A stretch of 64,000 nucleotides of DNA from the human T2T-CHM13v2.0 reference genome, Homo sapiens. Numbering within the stretch: the first letter of the stretch is position 1; every line of letters starts with the position of its first letter. The notes under the pieces were generated by a model. The model saw only the letters and a list, made by a program, of their open reading frames with translations, was not told where the DNA came from and did not search any database. Made by a program: the position numbers and the translations under genes. The DNA lies in the NCBI RefSeq assembly GCF_009914755.1, contig NC_060928.1, one strand, 5' to 3'. Positions 28,581 to 43,465 of this stretch are shown piece after piece.

Positions 28581-29050
28581 AGATTCAGAGTCAAAAGACA
28601 CGGGCTTATTTATTTACCACGCAAATATATGGGTGCTGGCTGTTCAGTCTTGGAAGCTGCAGCTAATGCAGAGTGGCCTAGAACCCAAGCACAGTAATAG
28701 ATGAGGAAAGCCTTGTCTCTGCTCTCTGAGTGGAGATGCATAAACACCCGCAACACACCAGGATTCACCGAGTGTACTGCAGATGCTCTGCAAACTGCTC
28801 CAAATTGATCTGCCCAAAGGGACTAGGTCAGAAAAAAATTGGAGAGGGGCGTCAAGAAAAGCCTCAGCGAGGTGAGATTTGGACTACACCTTGAAAGATC
28901 AGCACAAATAAAGAAAGGTGGTGGAGATGGGGAAAGAAAGATGACTTCCAGGGTAAGGAAACCGTGAAAGCACCAAGGGGAAAAATCACAGGTTTGGCAA
29001 CTGACAGGAACCGGAACTGGATGTGGGGTCTGGCTGGGTCTGAAGGGCCT

Positions 29051-29416
29051 TGCTATGACCTAAGTGTTTGTATCCCTGCAAAATTCATATGTCAAAGCCT
29101 AAAGCCCCAACATGATGGGATTTGGCGTCAGAGCCTCTAGCAAGTGATGAAGTCATGAAGGTAGAGCTCTCAGGGATAGGATTAGTGCCCTTATTGAAGG
29201 AATAAAGAGACCAGAGTTCACCTTCTCTCTCCACCATGTGAAGACACAACAAGACGTCTGCAGTCTGCAACCCCAAATGAGGGCTGTCCCCAGAACCAGA
29301 CTGTGCTGGCACCCTGATCTCCGTCATCCAGCCTCCAGAACTGTCAGAAATTAATGTCTGTTGTGTGTAAGCCACCAGCTCTATGGTACTTTGCCAGAGC
29401 AGCCTGAACCAAGAGA
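29051..29416 (+). mobile_element. MLT1A-type solo LTR
   Basis: tgctatg...caaaattcatatgt...ggattagtgcccttat...tgctggcaccctgatct...ccagcctccagaactgt; TSD ggcct / agcct. Confidence 0.88.
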
Positions 29417-31259
29417 AGCCTTGAGCCTCATATTTTCCTCTGAGTCGGGAGCCATCACAGCTTTCGGCAAGGATAAAGCCCTGCGTGGACACTAGATTTG
29501 TCATCTTGAGGAAATTGCTTTACTTCTGTGGACCTTGGGCTTCTCGGTAAAACAAAATGAAGTTGCGGAACCAAGATTCACTTCTTGATCTGTCTGACTC
29601 CACTCTCTGCCACAGCAAAAATGCTAACATCTGCCTATCTCAGATGTTGTGTGGGGATGGTGGGAAGTTAATTACTTACTCCCAGATCATCAACAAAGCT
29701 GAACTAGGATTTCACACAGAGACAGAAAGTACGCGGTTCCACCAACTGGCATTCAATGTGTAGTAGCATGCTAAAATATTTTAAATTAGACCATCCTAAT
29801 GCTTTTGGAGACTCTAAAGGTCTTTCTCATTTAACACCTGTTATTATCTCTACCAGGAAGAAACCCAAATTTAATGATCTGTGTCTGTGATAAAGTTTAA
29901 ATTATCATCATTCTTCTTCTAAGCTGCAAAGATGTGTGACTAGGCAGGCTCAAAAATTTCTCTCCAAAGAGTTGCCCTTTGAAGAGCAGAATGACCTTGG
30001 GCCAGGCCCCGGTAGACTGGCTTCCTCCATAGTGTGTAATTCACCCCAGGAGCAGACAGCCTGAGGAGCAAGGGGGTCAGTGGGCTCACACAGCCCAGTG
30101 CCAGAAAGGCCAGAGCCTCACACCTGGAACAACTGGGCCGCGGTCTTGAATATCACCTGGACCCACCTCTGTCTCTCGTCTCTCTCTCCTATCTGGGTGG
30201 CTTCATCCTCCCAGGCCTTGGGTTTTCACTAGACAGGACAAAATCGTGGCCACAGGTGGTGCTTGTCTCACCATCTAACAGCTCTGCCATCAGAAAGAAG
30301 GGGCGGTGATCCCCACCAGCTCCAGCTAGAAAAACGTGAAGGGAAGACCTATCTTGTGCAGGCCTATGTCACAGCCACTTCCACCCCCATGGCTCTGGCC
30401 AGGTGGGAAGAACTGTGATTGGCAGCCCCACAGAACCATATGGTGAGAGTGTGTGTGTGTTATGTGTGTGCGCTTGGGGGTGGGGGGTAGGGAGTGTTAC
30501 ACACTAGAACATGGGCGTTCTTCCGGGATGACCCAATAATAAATATCCATTGCACCTGGCCGCAAGACCAGACCATAAGCTAAGTATATTGCATCCAGCT
30601 TATACAAGTTCTTCGGTAAGCCAAATTTATAAAGTGCCCACTATTTTCTTTTCTCAGTAATTCTGGAAACCTTATGTTGATAGTTTGTAGAAAAACTGCA
30701 ATTTAAGGGAGAAATGATAACCATTTATCATTCTGAAGATACTGCTGTGAGTGGATGCCAAAGAGCCCTTAAGTTGAAGAAAAACTGGGGAAGGCATCTT
30801 TTCTTATCATTCCAACAGTGCTCTAGACAGGGCGAAATAAGGCAACTGGAATAGGTGAAATCTGCCTACTTCACCCCTCCATAGCTCCAATAAGCTGCAT
30901 CTCCTGGCTTTCCTCCTCTGCTCTCTGCCTTTCCAAAACCTTCATTCCCTCACACTTGAGCTCCATAAGAATTAGGAACAAGGGCTGATTTGACCAAATA
31001 CCCATCATTTATAGTTAGTGTGACTTTAGGTTATCATTCTCTCCTGAAGTAAGCAGCTAACCCCAACTCTAATGCCCCATTCTGCAATAAGAGAATATTA
31101 TTAAAAACAGCATTTCTTGATATCTTGGAGTTACAGTGAAAGTCTCAAAACTGAAGTCAGTGGATGGCAAAAACTTCTTTCCACAGAGAGATGCTAAATA
31201 CTCAAGACAGAAGGGAGTAGTCAACTTCCCCAACCCCTCATTTACAAGAAAAGACTCCC

Positions 31260-31530
<271 letters not shown>

Positions 31531-32699
31531 AACTCCCAAGAATCCCTTAACAAGAAGGACTGACAAGAGGAAAGACATCTCACTCTCTGTTTGGAGCCTC
31601 CTGAGGTATAGAGAAGTGTGGACCCACCCTGGGTTACCTCTGGACTGGAAAGTAAAAGAAACGCTGAGAACCATGAGAGCCCCACATGGCCCAGGAGTTT
31701 AGAAGGCCTAAGTGAAGAGAGAAGGTGTCTGCCCTATATGTGGAGCAGTCCCAAGGCTGGAGTATGGATGGCGTTGCCCATTACAGCGAGGTAAGCATGG
31801 GCAATCAGGGAGAAGCTGGTGGTTTGACCACTCATGCCACTGACAGGACAAGGCACTTCCCAATAGGTCAAGCGGGCAGAGCACCAAGCTTGCAATGTCT
31901 TTGAAGGACTGTGCCCGAGAGAACTGCCTGCCAAGGAAAGAAGAGGATGGGCTGCCCTTCCAGCATGGGAGTTGAGGGAGGTGGAACCAAGAGATCAGCT
32001 GGACAGGAAGACATCAATCATGTCAGGGTGGCCCCTGACAAATGCACCCTTGGAGAGGGCCAATATCTGGGCACCTGCCATGACAGAGGAAACCCAACAG
32101 CCAAGAGAGATCTAGAAAGAGCACCAGCTAATCAAATGGCCATTGGCCGCTTTCCTCCACTGTCTCCTTCTCTCACCCTGGAGGAGCCTGAAGCAAAGCA
32201 GGGAGAAATGGTGATATGAGGAGAATGACAAAACAATGTTCTCTATCTTCTTCATGGCTTGTTCAAGAACCATGAGTGAGAACTGTGTTGAGGGTGACAG
32301 AAAGAGAAACTTTAAACTGGGGGAAAATTATAGTTTTTATTCTGATTGAGATTTCTGTAATGCCTGAAGAAGACACTGTTCTCCTTTGAATTCATCTATA
32401 CCTAAGGTTCTAGAACCTGCTCAAGATGTCACCAAGAAGCAGGAGAGGATAAGCTGACCAAAAGTGTTTGAAAGCAGTGACAGGAGAGACACAGAGCAGG
32501 TTCCAGCTTCTGCCCTACCAAGGTCGCACAGGTCAATAAAGTGATGAAGCTGCACTGACACCTTCCATTATGCAGTGAAAGGCTTTCTCTTGATAAAGGA
32601 ATTTGAAACAAAGTGAGTGAGAGGGAGGAGCATGTTCACAAAACAAAAAGTGCTAACAACAACTTCCCACAACCTGGCACGAGAGAACTCCAGCTGGGA

Positions 32700-33200
32700 A
32701 TTGCTGGCACTTGAGGGAGACCTCGAAGGATGAGGAGGTTTTGGAAAGGTGGAGGAAGATGAAGCTATTCCAGGTATAGACAATAACATGAGCAGAGTCG
32801 CAGAGACAGGTCCAGAGAGGAAGAATGATCTAGTTTTAACAGTCTTGGCTCCATGGGGAGTTCTTGTCAGTGTTAAAACCAGAAATACAGTGTGGAGTCC
32901 ACACACGGTATGCTTAAATCTAATCTTTAAAATGTGGATTTTATTCTTTAAATAAAACCATGAGAGGCTTTTGGGCAGCAAACCACCATTATACTAATGG
33001 TATCTGTGTTTTAGGAAAATAACTCTGGTGACAGGGTGTACCATCCGGAATAGTGAGAGTAGCAAGAAGCCGAATGCACTCCGATTGGTCAGGAAGTGAA
33101 TACCATGTGGATACCAAGAGACAAAATCATGGCTGTGGTTCCAGAAATGGAAAAAGTAAGACTGAGTAAGCAGATAAGTTAGAGGTAAGGTAGACAGGAC
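32700..33200 (-). mobile_element. L2 fragments
   Basis: gaaggatgaggagg...attccaggta...aacatgagcagag; tgtgttttaggaaaataactctgg. Confidence 0.55.
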
Positions 33201-35559
33201 TGACCGCAGCAATCCTCATAGACGTGTCTCTGAATACATTACTGCGGTTTGAACATTTTCCCACAGGACTTCCAAAGAAATTCCCTCATTTCCTAGGGAA
33301 ACCTAGAGACCCCCAAAAGGCCAGCCATGCTCTATGATGCCCAAAGTTCAGCCCGGCTAATGAAGAGTGAACCTCCACCTGCTGATGGGGCTTTTGCAAC
33401 TCGGGGCCACTGTTTCCTCAGGGGTATGGGGTCATCTCTGCTGCCTGGCAGGGCAATGGCAGAAACAGCTCTGCCTCCCTCTCCAAGCCCCCAGCAGAGC
33501 CAGAAAGGATCTCTATTCCAGTCCCAATCAGGTAGACAGCAGAAGGCTGAAGCAGCTTATTACTCTGCCCACTTGGTTCAGCATGGCCCATTCTTGCTTC
33601 TACAATAGCAGGCAGAAAAGAGAAACACCTGAAATGTATGTTACTGTGATAAGTTTTCCCACCTGAAGAAAACCCTGTGACTACCACAGCCAGGAAAGAG
33701 CACGATCTCACAAGCTGTCAGCTTTCACTTCCCTTTCACATCCAGTTAAACTCCTCCACAGATGTCATTACCTGGGCTGGGGAAGTTTCCTACATATTCC
33801 TCAAAAATAATACTTTATGCAGTGCCATGCTCCAAAGCATGATTTTTATCAACCTGTGTTTGGAGATGACTCCCAGTTACCCTTACAAAGGCTTCCTATG
33901 AGTTGTGGCAGTTAGATCAAGTTGGATACAGAAGCCCAGACATTCTGAAGAGGAAAAAAATCAATGTAAATACATGTAACTTCTACATAAAATATGCTTT
34001 TACCTAATTGAAAAGTCATTATCAATTAGCCAAATGCAACTTTAATCAGACATGAATGATTGAGGAATTCTATATTTAGAAGAACACAGGTTGGCATTTG
34101 AAAACCTTCATGTCTCATGCCATTAGCCTTGAAAACCTTTTGCCAGGTAACTGAGGTGTGAGTTTTAATTCCCAGTATCAAACCAAGAATAAAATTATTT
34201 TAATTATGGTCAACTGGGTAAGGAACATTGATGATCTAATTGCCGAGCTGTAATTCTGTATTCTGTCCCCAGGAGACACACACCTCAGCCAAGTGCTTCA
34301 ATAATTCATTAAAGCACTTCCCTGTGCATCAATTATCAAATCATGTGCCTTGATTACTTTACTTGGGGAAAGTTACCCTTGCGAAAAAGACTTTTACCAA
34401 TTATCAAAACACAGAACCTCTAACCTACATTATACGATTTTCATTAAAATAATACAAAATTCTACAATAGCTCTCAGTTATCTATGTGCCAAAAACAATA
34501 GGCAAAATGGTTACAAGGGCCATAGCCTGACCAGCTTTATACAAAATTATGAGGTAGGTGGTTTGGGGTTTTACCTCCCTAATTCTGGTTTTGCCAGTAG
34601 TTCATCATAAAGAATTGTTTCAATTTTCTTTAAACATCAAAATATTTGTGGTCCAGGATTAGATCGTATCACCTTCATATTCCCATGATGCCAAACTCCA
34701 TGCTTTGAATATAGAGTACATAGCAGATCATCAGTCCGCTCTTTTCCACAGGTCATTTGTGACTTTGATCATCCATAGTTATTGTTTTATATATACTGTT
34801 TTACCCAAAAATTCAAATGAAAAAAAAATATGAAAGAAGGTAAAAAACAGTGAACAAATGTATAAATAAGAGTCTATAAATAGAAACTAAAAATAAGATA
34901 GTCTCAAAGTGTATTTCCTTAGATACATAGAGAAGGCATTCCATAAATATTTGTTAGGTGGTAAATCAACAAAAAAATTAGAAGAGAATAAGAGGGGAGA
35001 AAGCCTCCATTTTCAGCTTAGTGGCCAAAGATTTTGCCCTTACAGCCAATAAAAAGGAGTAACATTCAATGTGAAATTTAACTTTTCTTCCTGTACTGAT
35101 CCACCTCCCTATGATAAAAGCAATTCTAAACAGAAAATCACTGGATTAATGATGGCCAGAGAAATATAGATGAGGAAAGGACAATTCACTGATTGAATAA
35201 TCAATCCTGGATAGCTAAAAACTACCTTCATGGGGTTTACTAACTCATAATAATAAAAAGCAATGAGTATATTTATCCTCTGTAATTATTTCCATTACCA
35301 ACACTCTTCTTGATACTGTAGTTTTAGGACCAATATGAACACTAGAATTGAGCACAAAGGTAGTGTATCTCAGTGCAACTGTTTTTTATTATTTTTTTCT
35401 GTACCTACTATGGAAAGGAATGCCTCCAAAACAGGAACTTAATGTAGTGCATATTTGTCAGTGTTTGCTCGCACAGCATGGAAACATGATTTCTATGTTT
35501 GGAAATCTAAGGTGAGGGAAGTGGGGGCAGTTGAGAGATGGGGGGGCACAGATCTGAGT

Positions 35560-35975
35560 TCTGCCTCCTCCCGTCACACCTCCCACCTCCCACACTGCAC
35601 TTGTGATCCAGTGATTGTGAAGGTGATCAGGAATTTTGAATCTTGAAAGGATGGGGCATGGGCAGATGTAGACAAAGACTATTCACTGTAGCAGCAGCGG
35701 TGAGGGTGGAGTCAAGAGCCCAGCAACGTGGCAGGAAGTGTCCGGTGGGCGGAGTCCAGACACGCAGTGTGTCCACAGGGATGTCCCAGGGTCAGCTGTC
35801 CTGCCACACTGTTCTTGTGGGGGTGGCAGAGGAGTCTTGCCCATGACTTCAATCTCTTCTTTCCCACCTGCTTACCACACACAGACAATTTTGTGAGCCA
35901 CCTGTGGTGCTTGTAACAAATTCCTTCTCTGTTTAAGTTAGACAGAGCGGCTTTCTTTTGTCTTGCAACCAAAGT
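35560..35975 (+). mobile_element. Old ERVL/MaLR LTR (MLT1J/K- or LTR33-like)
   Basis: 3' end aacaaattccttctctgtttaagttagac...ttgcaaccaaag. Confidence 0.5.
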
Positions 35976-37909
35976 CCCTGCTTTGTAGGAGAATAAAATA
36001 CAATGTTTAAAGGCATAATTTTCTGGGAAACGAAACAGGTGCAAATTCAAAAATTAGACTCAAGTTTAGAAATAGCATGCTTTCCCCATCTTTCACCCCT
36101 CCCTACTTACAAAAACTTCCTCTGATGTATATAAATAACTCATATAGGCACCAAAGACTCCACTCGACAGCCTGTTTACCCTTTGAAAAATACTTTTTGC
36201 CTAATTATAATAAAAAAGTCTTAAATTTGGTATTTAGATAAATTCGCAGGTAATCAGGTTAACCCATCACCACAGGGCATAAATGAATGAGGGGGAGAAG
36301 AGGAGAATGCCAAATTAGATTATCCAACTAGAGCATCTGTCAATAAATGGAGGGAAGGTGAACTAATTTAGAGTTTGTTTTATTTTACAGACTTTAAAAA
36401 GACCAACTGGCTTTTTAATTTAGAGGTAGTCATTCCAGGTTGTCATAACAGCCAGAGAGTTCATAATAAAGGGACTATTACAGACATAAGATTACGTTTT
36501 GCTTCAATAAAAAGGTGAGAAGGCACAGGGGTGAATGTCTGCAACCCACACCCTTTGGGAGGGGCCCCAAGGTTGCAGGTCTGAGCCGAAACCCAATATG
36601 AATGTAGCAGTTACCGAAGGCTGCCAGAGTTGTTATGCCTGATATTTCATAGAGGATGTAAATATTGAAGACTGAGAGACTACCTGAAGTCACTAATCTA
36701 ATTCTCAGACAATATTAAATCTATGTAATGACAGTTACAGCCTTGAATCCTCAGATATTATGCCTATAGTATCTTAATATCACTATGACCTTCTGCAAGG
36801 AAACTGACTAATTTAAATAAAAATTCCCTTAATGTTCCTAACAGTCTTGATTAAACTGTGAGCCATTATAAAGTCATGGCCACATAGAGGTGTGAAGATA
36901 GTGAAAAGTGAGTGTGAGTGTGTGTAATATCTGAAGTATTATCTGAAATTGTTTTTCTGAAAATCTGCTTGAGTCCAGGTTTTTAAGATGCCATGGTCTG
37001 ATAGATTTAATCATTAGTAAAGGTCTTTCTACAATACAGAATTGATATATCTTCAGTCCTTACAGGAGATGAGTTAAGTAAAAGTTCTAGCATGCTTAGT
37101 CCTAAAATACAATGCCTGTTTGAAAATGTTGAATAACCTTTGAGGCAAAGAGTTTGTTCTAAAACTTAAAACTTCTAACCAGAGAAAAATTATCTTTTCC
37201 TCTTTTGAAAACAGGAAGGATCTTGGCAAGTGGCACAAGATCCTTTTGAATGAAACCTGAAAAGCAAAGATTCTTTTTATGTGAACATATGCAATTTTTC
37301 AGGAAGATTTTAAACAAAACAAATACATAATGTTGACAGTCAAATTTCTGAAGACTAGTTGTCTTACCCTATAGAGGTATGATCTTAACTCAAGTTCCAG
37401 AGGCAAATGCTTCAAATATTTTCAAAGTTTTAAATATTTTTAGCACTAAAAATAAACACATCCACAGTAAGTCAGCTGCACAAAAAAAGGAACCCTGTAA
37501 AATAAATTTAAAAGCATCCGCAAATGTTCCTGTTTGTTTTTCTCTGTACTGCCCAAATTCTAAAGATATGAAAGTATGGTTAATGATGTATTTTATCTCA
37601 AAATGTTGAGTCACTGGAACTGTTATAATGTTAAGGCACTTCTTAATTCCTAATCAGACGGTCATCATATAGAAAGTCTGTAAACACTGAATTTAAATTC
37701 TATTTCAAAATTAGTTTTAAATTCATCAGTGGAATCGATTGTAGGCCCTTATTCTCAGTCTCAAGTCTTCTGAGCATTCCTCTTTCCCTTCCGCCAGCTG
37801 CTGGGCCCTGAACAGCAGTTCTCATATTAGGACAAGCAAATCTGGATAATTCTCTTCTATCATTGCTAATCCTTTCTCTGAAAATTTCATTATGACCACC
37901 ATCCTGCTC

Positions 37910-38040
37910 ACCATTCATCCATTCATTTGTTGACTCACACACCAACATTTATTGAACAGCTAATGTGCAAGGCCACTATTTTAGATACTTGGGAGGCAAA
38001 GATAAATGAAAGCACAATGAACAGGCTTAGAGTTCATTGT
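37910..38040 (-). mobile_element. L2 3' end
   Basis: cattcatccattcatt...aacatttattgaacagctaatgtgcaaggccact. Confidence 0.65.
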
Positions 38041-38160
38041 GCAGTAGCACCATGTATACAGAAATGCCAATGACACACAATATATAGATGTTTGAAATGG
38101 CACAAATGTAACTGATTCAGTGCCTGGCAAATAAATATTCCTGTGAGAGACAAAGGTATG

Positions 38161-38509
38161 TGCTATCGAGACTGTCCTTCAATCAGGACTTGCTACCCCA
38201 GCTGCTGGGAGGCTGGAAGTGGATATCCATTAGCTAACTGCCCTTCAGGGACTGGCTCAACACTCTTGCTCAAGACATGCCCTCTCCAGATCAATCCACA
38301 TCCAAAGATTGATTAAAGGCATGAGCATTTATGCCCAACACAGTGCTCCCTCTGGGGCCAGCAGTCCTTCAGGTGTGCATGAATCTCAATTCTCTGCCTG
38401 CTCAATCCTGCCTCCTCCACCATTCTCCTTCCATAGGTCTTCATTCCTAGGATACTTCCTAAAGAGACATGCTGCCACATCTGCTTCCAGGGAAACTCAA
38501 CTGGCAACA
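38161..38509 (+). mobile_element. LTR16-family (ERVL) LTR
   Basis: ccccagctgctgggag...ctgctcaatcctgcctcctc...tctgcttccagggaaactcaactggcaaca. Confidence 0.6.
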
Positions 38510-38619
38510 TTTCTTAAATAAGTTTTTAAAATAAACTCTGCCCTTAGCTTTCTTGCATTTCCATGAAGCCTCAGAAATATGCTACTGGAAATGGCTGCAT
38601 TAAACAGAACATTGATAAT

Positions 38620-38850
38620 GGTAATGATAATAATAATAGAATGGCGAAGATTTGACATAGGATTTACCCTGTGTCAGGCACTATTTCAAGTGTTCCGTGC
38701 ATATCGCCTCATTTAACTGTTGCAACAATTCTACAAATCAATACTATCGTTAATCCCTTTCAACTGGTAAGTAGAGAGAATAAGACAAATACCTAGCTCC
38801 AAGTTCATGCAGCTACTATTTGGTTCCCAGGCAGCCCCAAAGTGTAATCT
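38620..38850 (-). mobile_element. MIR
   Basis: tgtgtcaggcactatttcaagtg...ctcatttaac...caacaattcta. Confidence 0.6.
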
Positions 38851-38859
38851 CGTAACTAC

Positions 38860-39216
38860 TGTATTAGTCCATTTTCACACTGCTATAAAGAAATACCCAA
38901 CAATGGGTAATTTATAAAGAAAAGAAGTTTAATTGACTAACTGTTCCACATGGCTGGGGAGGCCTCAGAAAACTTACAATCATGGTGGAAGGGGAAACAG
39001 GCATGTCTTACACGGTGGCTGGAGAGAGAGAGTGTGTGAGTGCACAGGAAAAACTACCATTTATAAAACCGTTAGGTCTCATGAAAATCCACTCACTATC
39101 GCAAGAACAGCATGGGGGAAACCACCTCCATAATCCAATCACTTCCCTCCCCTCTACGTGTGCGGATTACATTTCCAGATGAGATTTGGATGGGGACACA
39201 AAGCCTGATCGTATCA
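38860..39216 (-). mobile_element. THE1D-like solo LTR (MaLR), antisense
   Basis: tgtattagtccattttcacactgctataaag...gagatttggatggggacaca...tatca. Confidence 0.9.
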
Positions 39217-39319
39217 ACCCCTATCTTCTGCCATTTCTCTTATTCTCTAGCATCCTAACAAATATCATAGCATCATTAATACCTGCCATGGAATTACACA
39301 CCTTAGAAGGTCTTTTAGA

Positions 39320-39540
39320 TAATAACAGCTGCCATTCACTGAGCCCGTATCACATGCTGGCTCTGTTGTGAGTCCTTATAACTTTTACTTATGGTCATGA
39401 CATCCCTGTGAGTTAGGCCAGGCTTGGTTATTCCCATTTCACCAATAAGAAAACAGGCTCACAAGGATGAAGTGACTTACTCAAGTCAGAGTTCACAAGT
39501 AGCAGAGATGTTCTCAAATCTAGCATTTCTGTCTCTAAAA
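39320..39540 (-). mobile_element. MIR
   Basis: ttattcccatttcaccaataagaaaacaggctcacaaggatgaagtgacttactcaagtca. Confidence 0.7.
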
Positions 39541-41154
39541 CAAAGTATCTCGAAGTTATCTGGATTTATTTAAACTGTACTTAATCTATGAACTATATAC
39601 TTAACCTAAAATGGCTTAAAGAATTTACCATCTTTAGGATCCATCATTTTTCATTGTGCCACCTTAGCCACTCTCTAAACACATCAGAAATGTAGAAGAC
39701 AGAATATGGCCCTCTGTCCATTAACACAGCTATAGCTATGATCTGGAACTTTCTTTTATAAACCTAGATTACTTAAACAGAATTATTCTCTGTATTCTGT
39801 GAAGGACTTCCTGAAGGTCTACTAGAGCTTCTGCTCAAATAAAGAGGCATCATATTCTTTAGTTTAAGCCCAAGTGCTATGAATGCACCACATTTTATGT
39901 TTGATTATATATTTTATGTTTTAAGGCATTGATGCAAATTCTAGGAAATCCCAGTTCACAAGGTGTAATAATATGATGTTATATCTGTGCTTTGAAGATA
40001 ATTTTAGTTTTGAAAAGACCACCAAGGCCTTTGGCCCATGAGTAATTGATTAAATTCAGCAAGCAGAAGTCATTCCTGTAGGTAACATAATGGACTGGGG
40101 AGTTAGGGGAAGGAGGGAGAGTAAGAGGGTTTCTCATATGTCATTTTTTTTTTTTAATGGCAGTGAAATTACAAGAATTTTTCACCTTGGGAAATACAAA
40201 ATTATAAATTTCTCCTGACCAAAAAAGGACCCCTGAACAGTTTTACTATAACCAAAGTGAGCCGTGAGGGAACAGCGGCTCCAACACACAGTGCACAATG
40301 CCAGCTTTTGGTAACAGGAACAAATGGACAGAGAATAACGACTTCCGCAAGGCTTGCTCCTTGATGGGGGAAATGCACTCACTCTTTGTCTCTATTATGT
40401 GCTGCCTGACAATTGTTCCCAGCAGTGAAAGGCAAGCTCACCCTCTGGGAATGGGTTCAAATATAAATGACTAAGAGCCCTGTCAAAGGTCCTCTGTAGC
40501 TGACACCCCTCTCCTCCACCCCTCATCCCCTCAAGGGCACTTCATTTTCACTTTATTACTTTTTTCCCTCCAAGGGCAGATTAAGGTTCAGGAAAAAATG
40601 CCATTATAAATGGAGGTTCTTGATTAGAGGCTAAAATGTCTGCCCTATCTTACCTCCCACTCGCTTTACTTCTGTTCTGCCTCTTTCCAAGATTATCCTT
40701 TTCTGCAATTGCAGAATCCCAGTCCCCAGTTTTGATATTTGAGAGTGGCTTCGGTAATGGCTGCTGTAAGGCCTCTCATGATCGACCCCTAATGAACATG
40801 CACAAACCCTGGAAAGCGTTGCTTCAGTATCCATTTACTCTGCTCTCAGCATGACAGCTGACAGCCTCCTGCACTGAGGGAAAGAAAGGCCATGGCTTCT
40901 GAAAGCCACAGTTTACTTTACTTTTCCTTCCTTGTGAAAGTCAGGTTCACCCATACAACACTCTTTTCCATGCTCTGGTGTTCTGAAAATAGCAGTCATT
41001 TGGCTTTCTCGGGAGAGTTAAAACAAAGAAATCACAATGGCAGGAGGCTTGCTGTTCCAAAACTTTAAAATAACAAAAATTATGGAATGCATCACAAAAG
41101 AAATGACAGATGTCCTTGAAGTGACCCCTCATGACACAGTTCAACAGCCATTTA

Positions 41155-41526
<372 letters not shown>

Positions 41527-41709
41527 TTAAATTCCACAAAATAAGGTTTTGGCTCATACCGCGTACATTGAGCCATGTTCAACGTGCTTTCTGACAGAGA
41601 AAGTAACGTTTTCCACGGTGGGAAGGGCTGGGAAAGGCACTGGCTCAACTGCGTGTTACTACAGCTGACCTTTGAAATCTCAAAATCTCTTCACCTCTAC
41701 TATCTTTCT

Positions 41710-41870
41710 CGATTCTCACAACAACCTTCTGAAGTTGGTGACTGCTGTTAATATCTTCATTTCACAGAGAAAAAACAGTGATGCTCAGAGACTAAGTTAT
41801 TGCTCAGGCATCGACAGCTAGAGAGTGGCAGAGCTCGAGCACAAACTCAAATCTTTTTCTTCCAAAGCTC
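41710..41870 (-). mobile_element. MIR
   Basis: ttctcacaacaacc...catttcacagag...gctcagagactaagttattgctcagg. Confidence 0.7.
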
Positions 41871-42324
41871 ATGTGTTTTTCACTCCTCACGCCGGATTTT
41901 AGTGGCATGGCAAATTCTCAGAGGGTTTCAAGTTAAAATTAATTTTTCTTTCATTATGTTAAATCTGCTTCCTTATAATGCCTAAAATGAGGAGGTCTCT
42001 TTTCTTTGGCAGGCAAAATGGTGACCACGTGGTTGTCAGTGTGTTAGAATTAACATTCTTTTAAATGAGAAGTTGATCTACCAAACATGATGTCAGTTAA
42101 ACAGATGCGCAGTGTGACAGTGTTCTCAGGGTAGGTGCCACAGGTCAATTATGCAAGCATTGCATAAGCAGCTCATTGTTGCCAGTTTCTAATTAGATTC
42201 ATCAGGGACTTATTAACCTCTGGAAAAAGTTACAAGTTTTGCATAGAAGCAAAATGAAAAGAAAAAAAGTCCTCATTCACACAAAGTAAAATATGAAGGA
42301 AAAATAAAATAAAAATAAGATTCT

Positions 42325-42652
<328 letters not shown>

Positions 42653-43139
42653 TCACCTTATTCACATACTCATGAGAATCAATTGCGTAAAAAACTCCTA
42701 TTTCCTGGGCCTCAGAGACATTAATCCAATAGATCTCAGGTAGATTCCAGGAACACAGCATTTTGTGCACTACTCTTATGTAGAGAGTACCCCAACCGCA
42801 CTTAGAAATGTACTGGACTGTGGGTGGGAGGACATGGGGAGGAAGTTGGATTCCTGATAAAAGCTGCAATTCAGAGTTTGCAAGATGAGACAAAGTTACC
42901 CTTCCTGATGCCGGCTTTGAATGAGAGCATTGTTAGCAGTAATATATAATTAAGCTCTGCCTTCAAAAATCATTGAGACTAATAATAACTTGGTAGATAG
43001 TAATTTGACTAGTTTTCAGTTTTAAGTCTCTACATTGCCTCTTACTGTTTGTAGCTAGAATAAAACTTCATTAATAAAGAAATTAAGTGGACTGAAGTGA
43101 ACCTTTATACTATTTTTAAATGATTTGTAAAAACAAGAA

Positions 43140-43465
43140 AAAAGACTTTTTTTTACCATCAAGTCAGCAAAGGGATTTTTTTTATGTTAATTCTCAGTAC
43201 AGGTGAGGCAGGTAAGTTCCTAATTACCTGTAGGAATGCAAATTTGTGTAATGTTTAAATTGTTCTGGAAAGTAATTTGGAAATGTGTATAAAAGTTTTC
43301 CAAATAGTCATAACCTTTGGTTCATAAATATAAGTTCTATCCTAATGAAAAATGTGCACAAAGATTTATACACAAATAACGTTTATAACAGTGAAGTTTT
43401 TGTAACAATCTAAATGTCCACAATTGGAAGATAGATAGCCAATTTGTGATACATTTCTATTAAGC
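43140..43465 (+). mobile_element. L1ME-like ORF2 3' relic
   Basis: ttctggaaagtaatttggaaat...tgtgcacaaagattta...aacaatctaaatgtcca. Confidence 0.65.

Noticed and set aside
37216-37245. 10-bp inverted repeat aaggatcttg / caagatcctt
   Set aside because: About one such stem is expected by chance in 64 kb.
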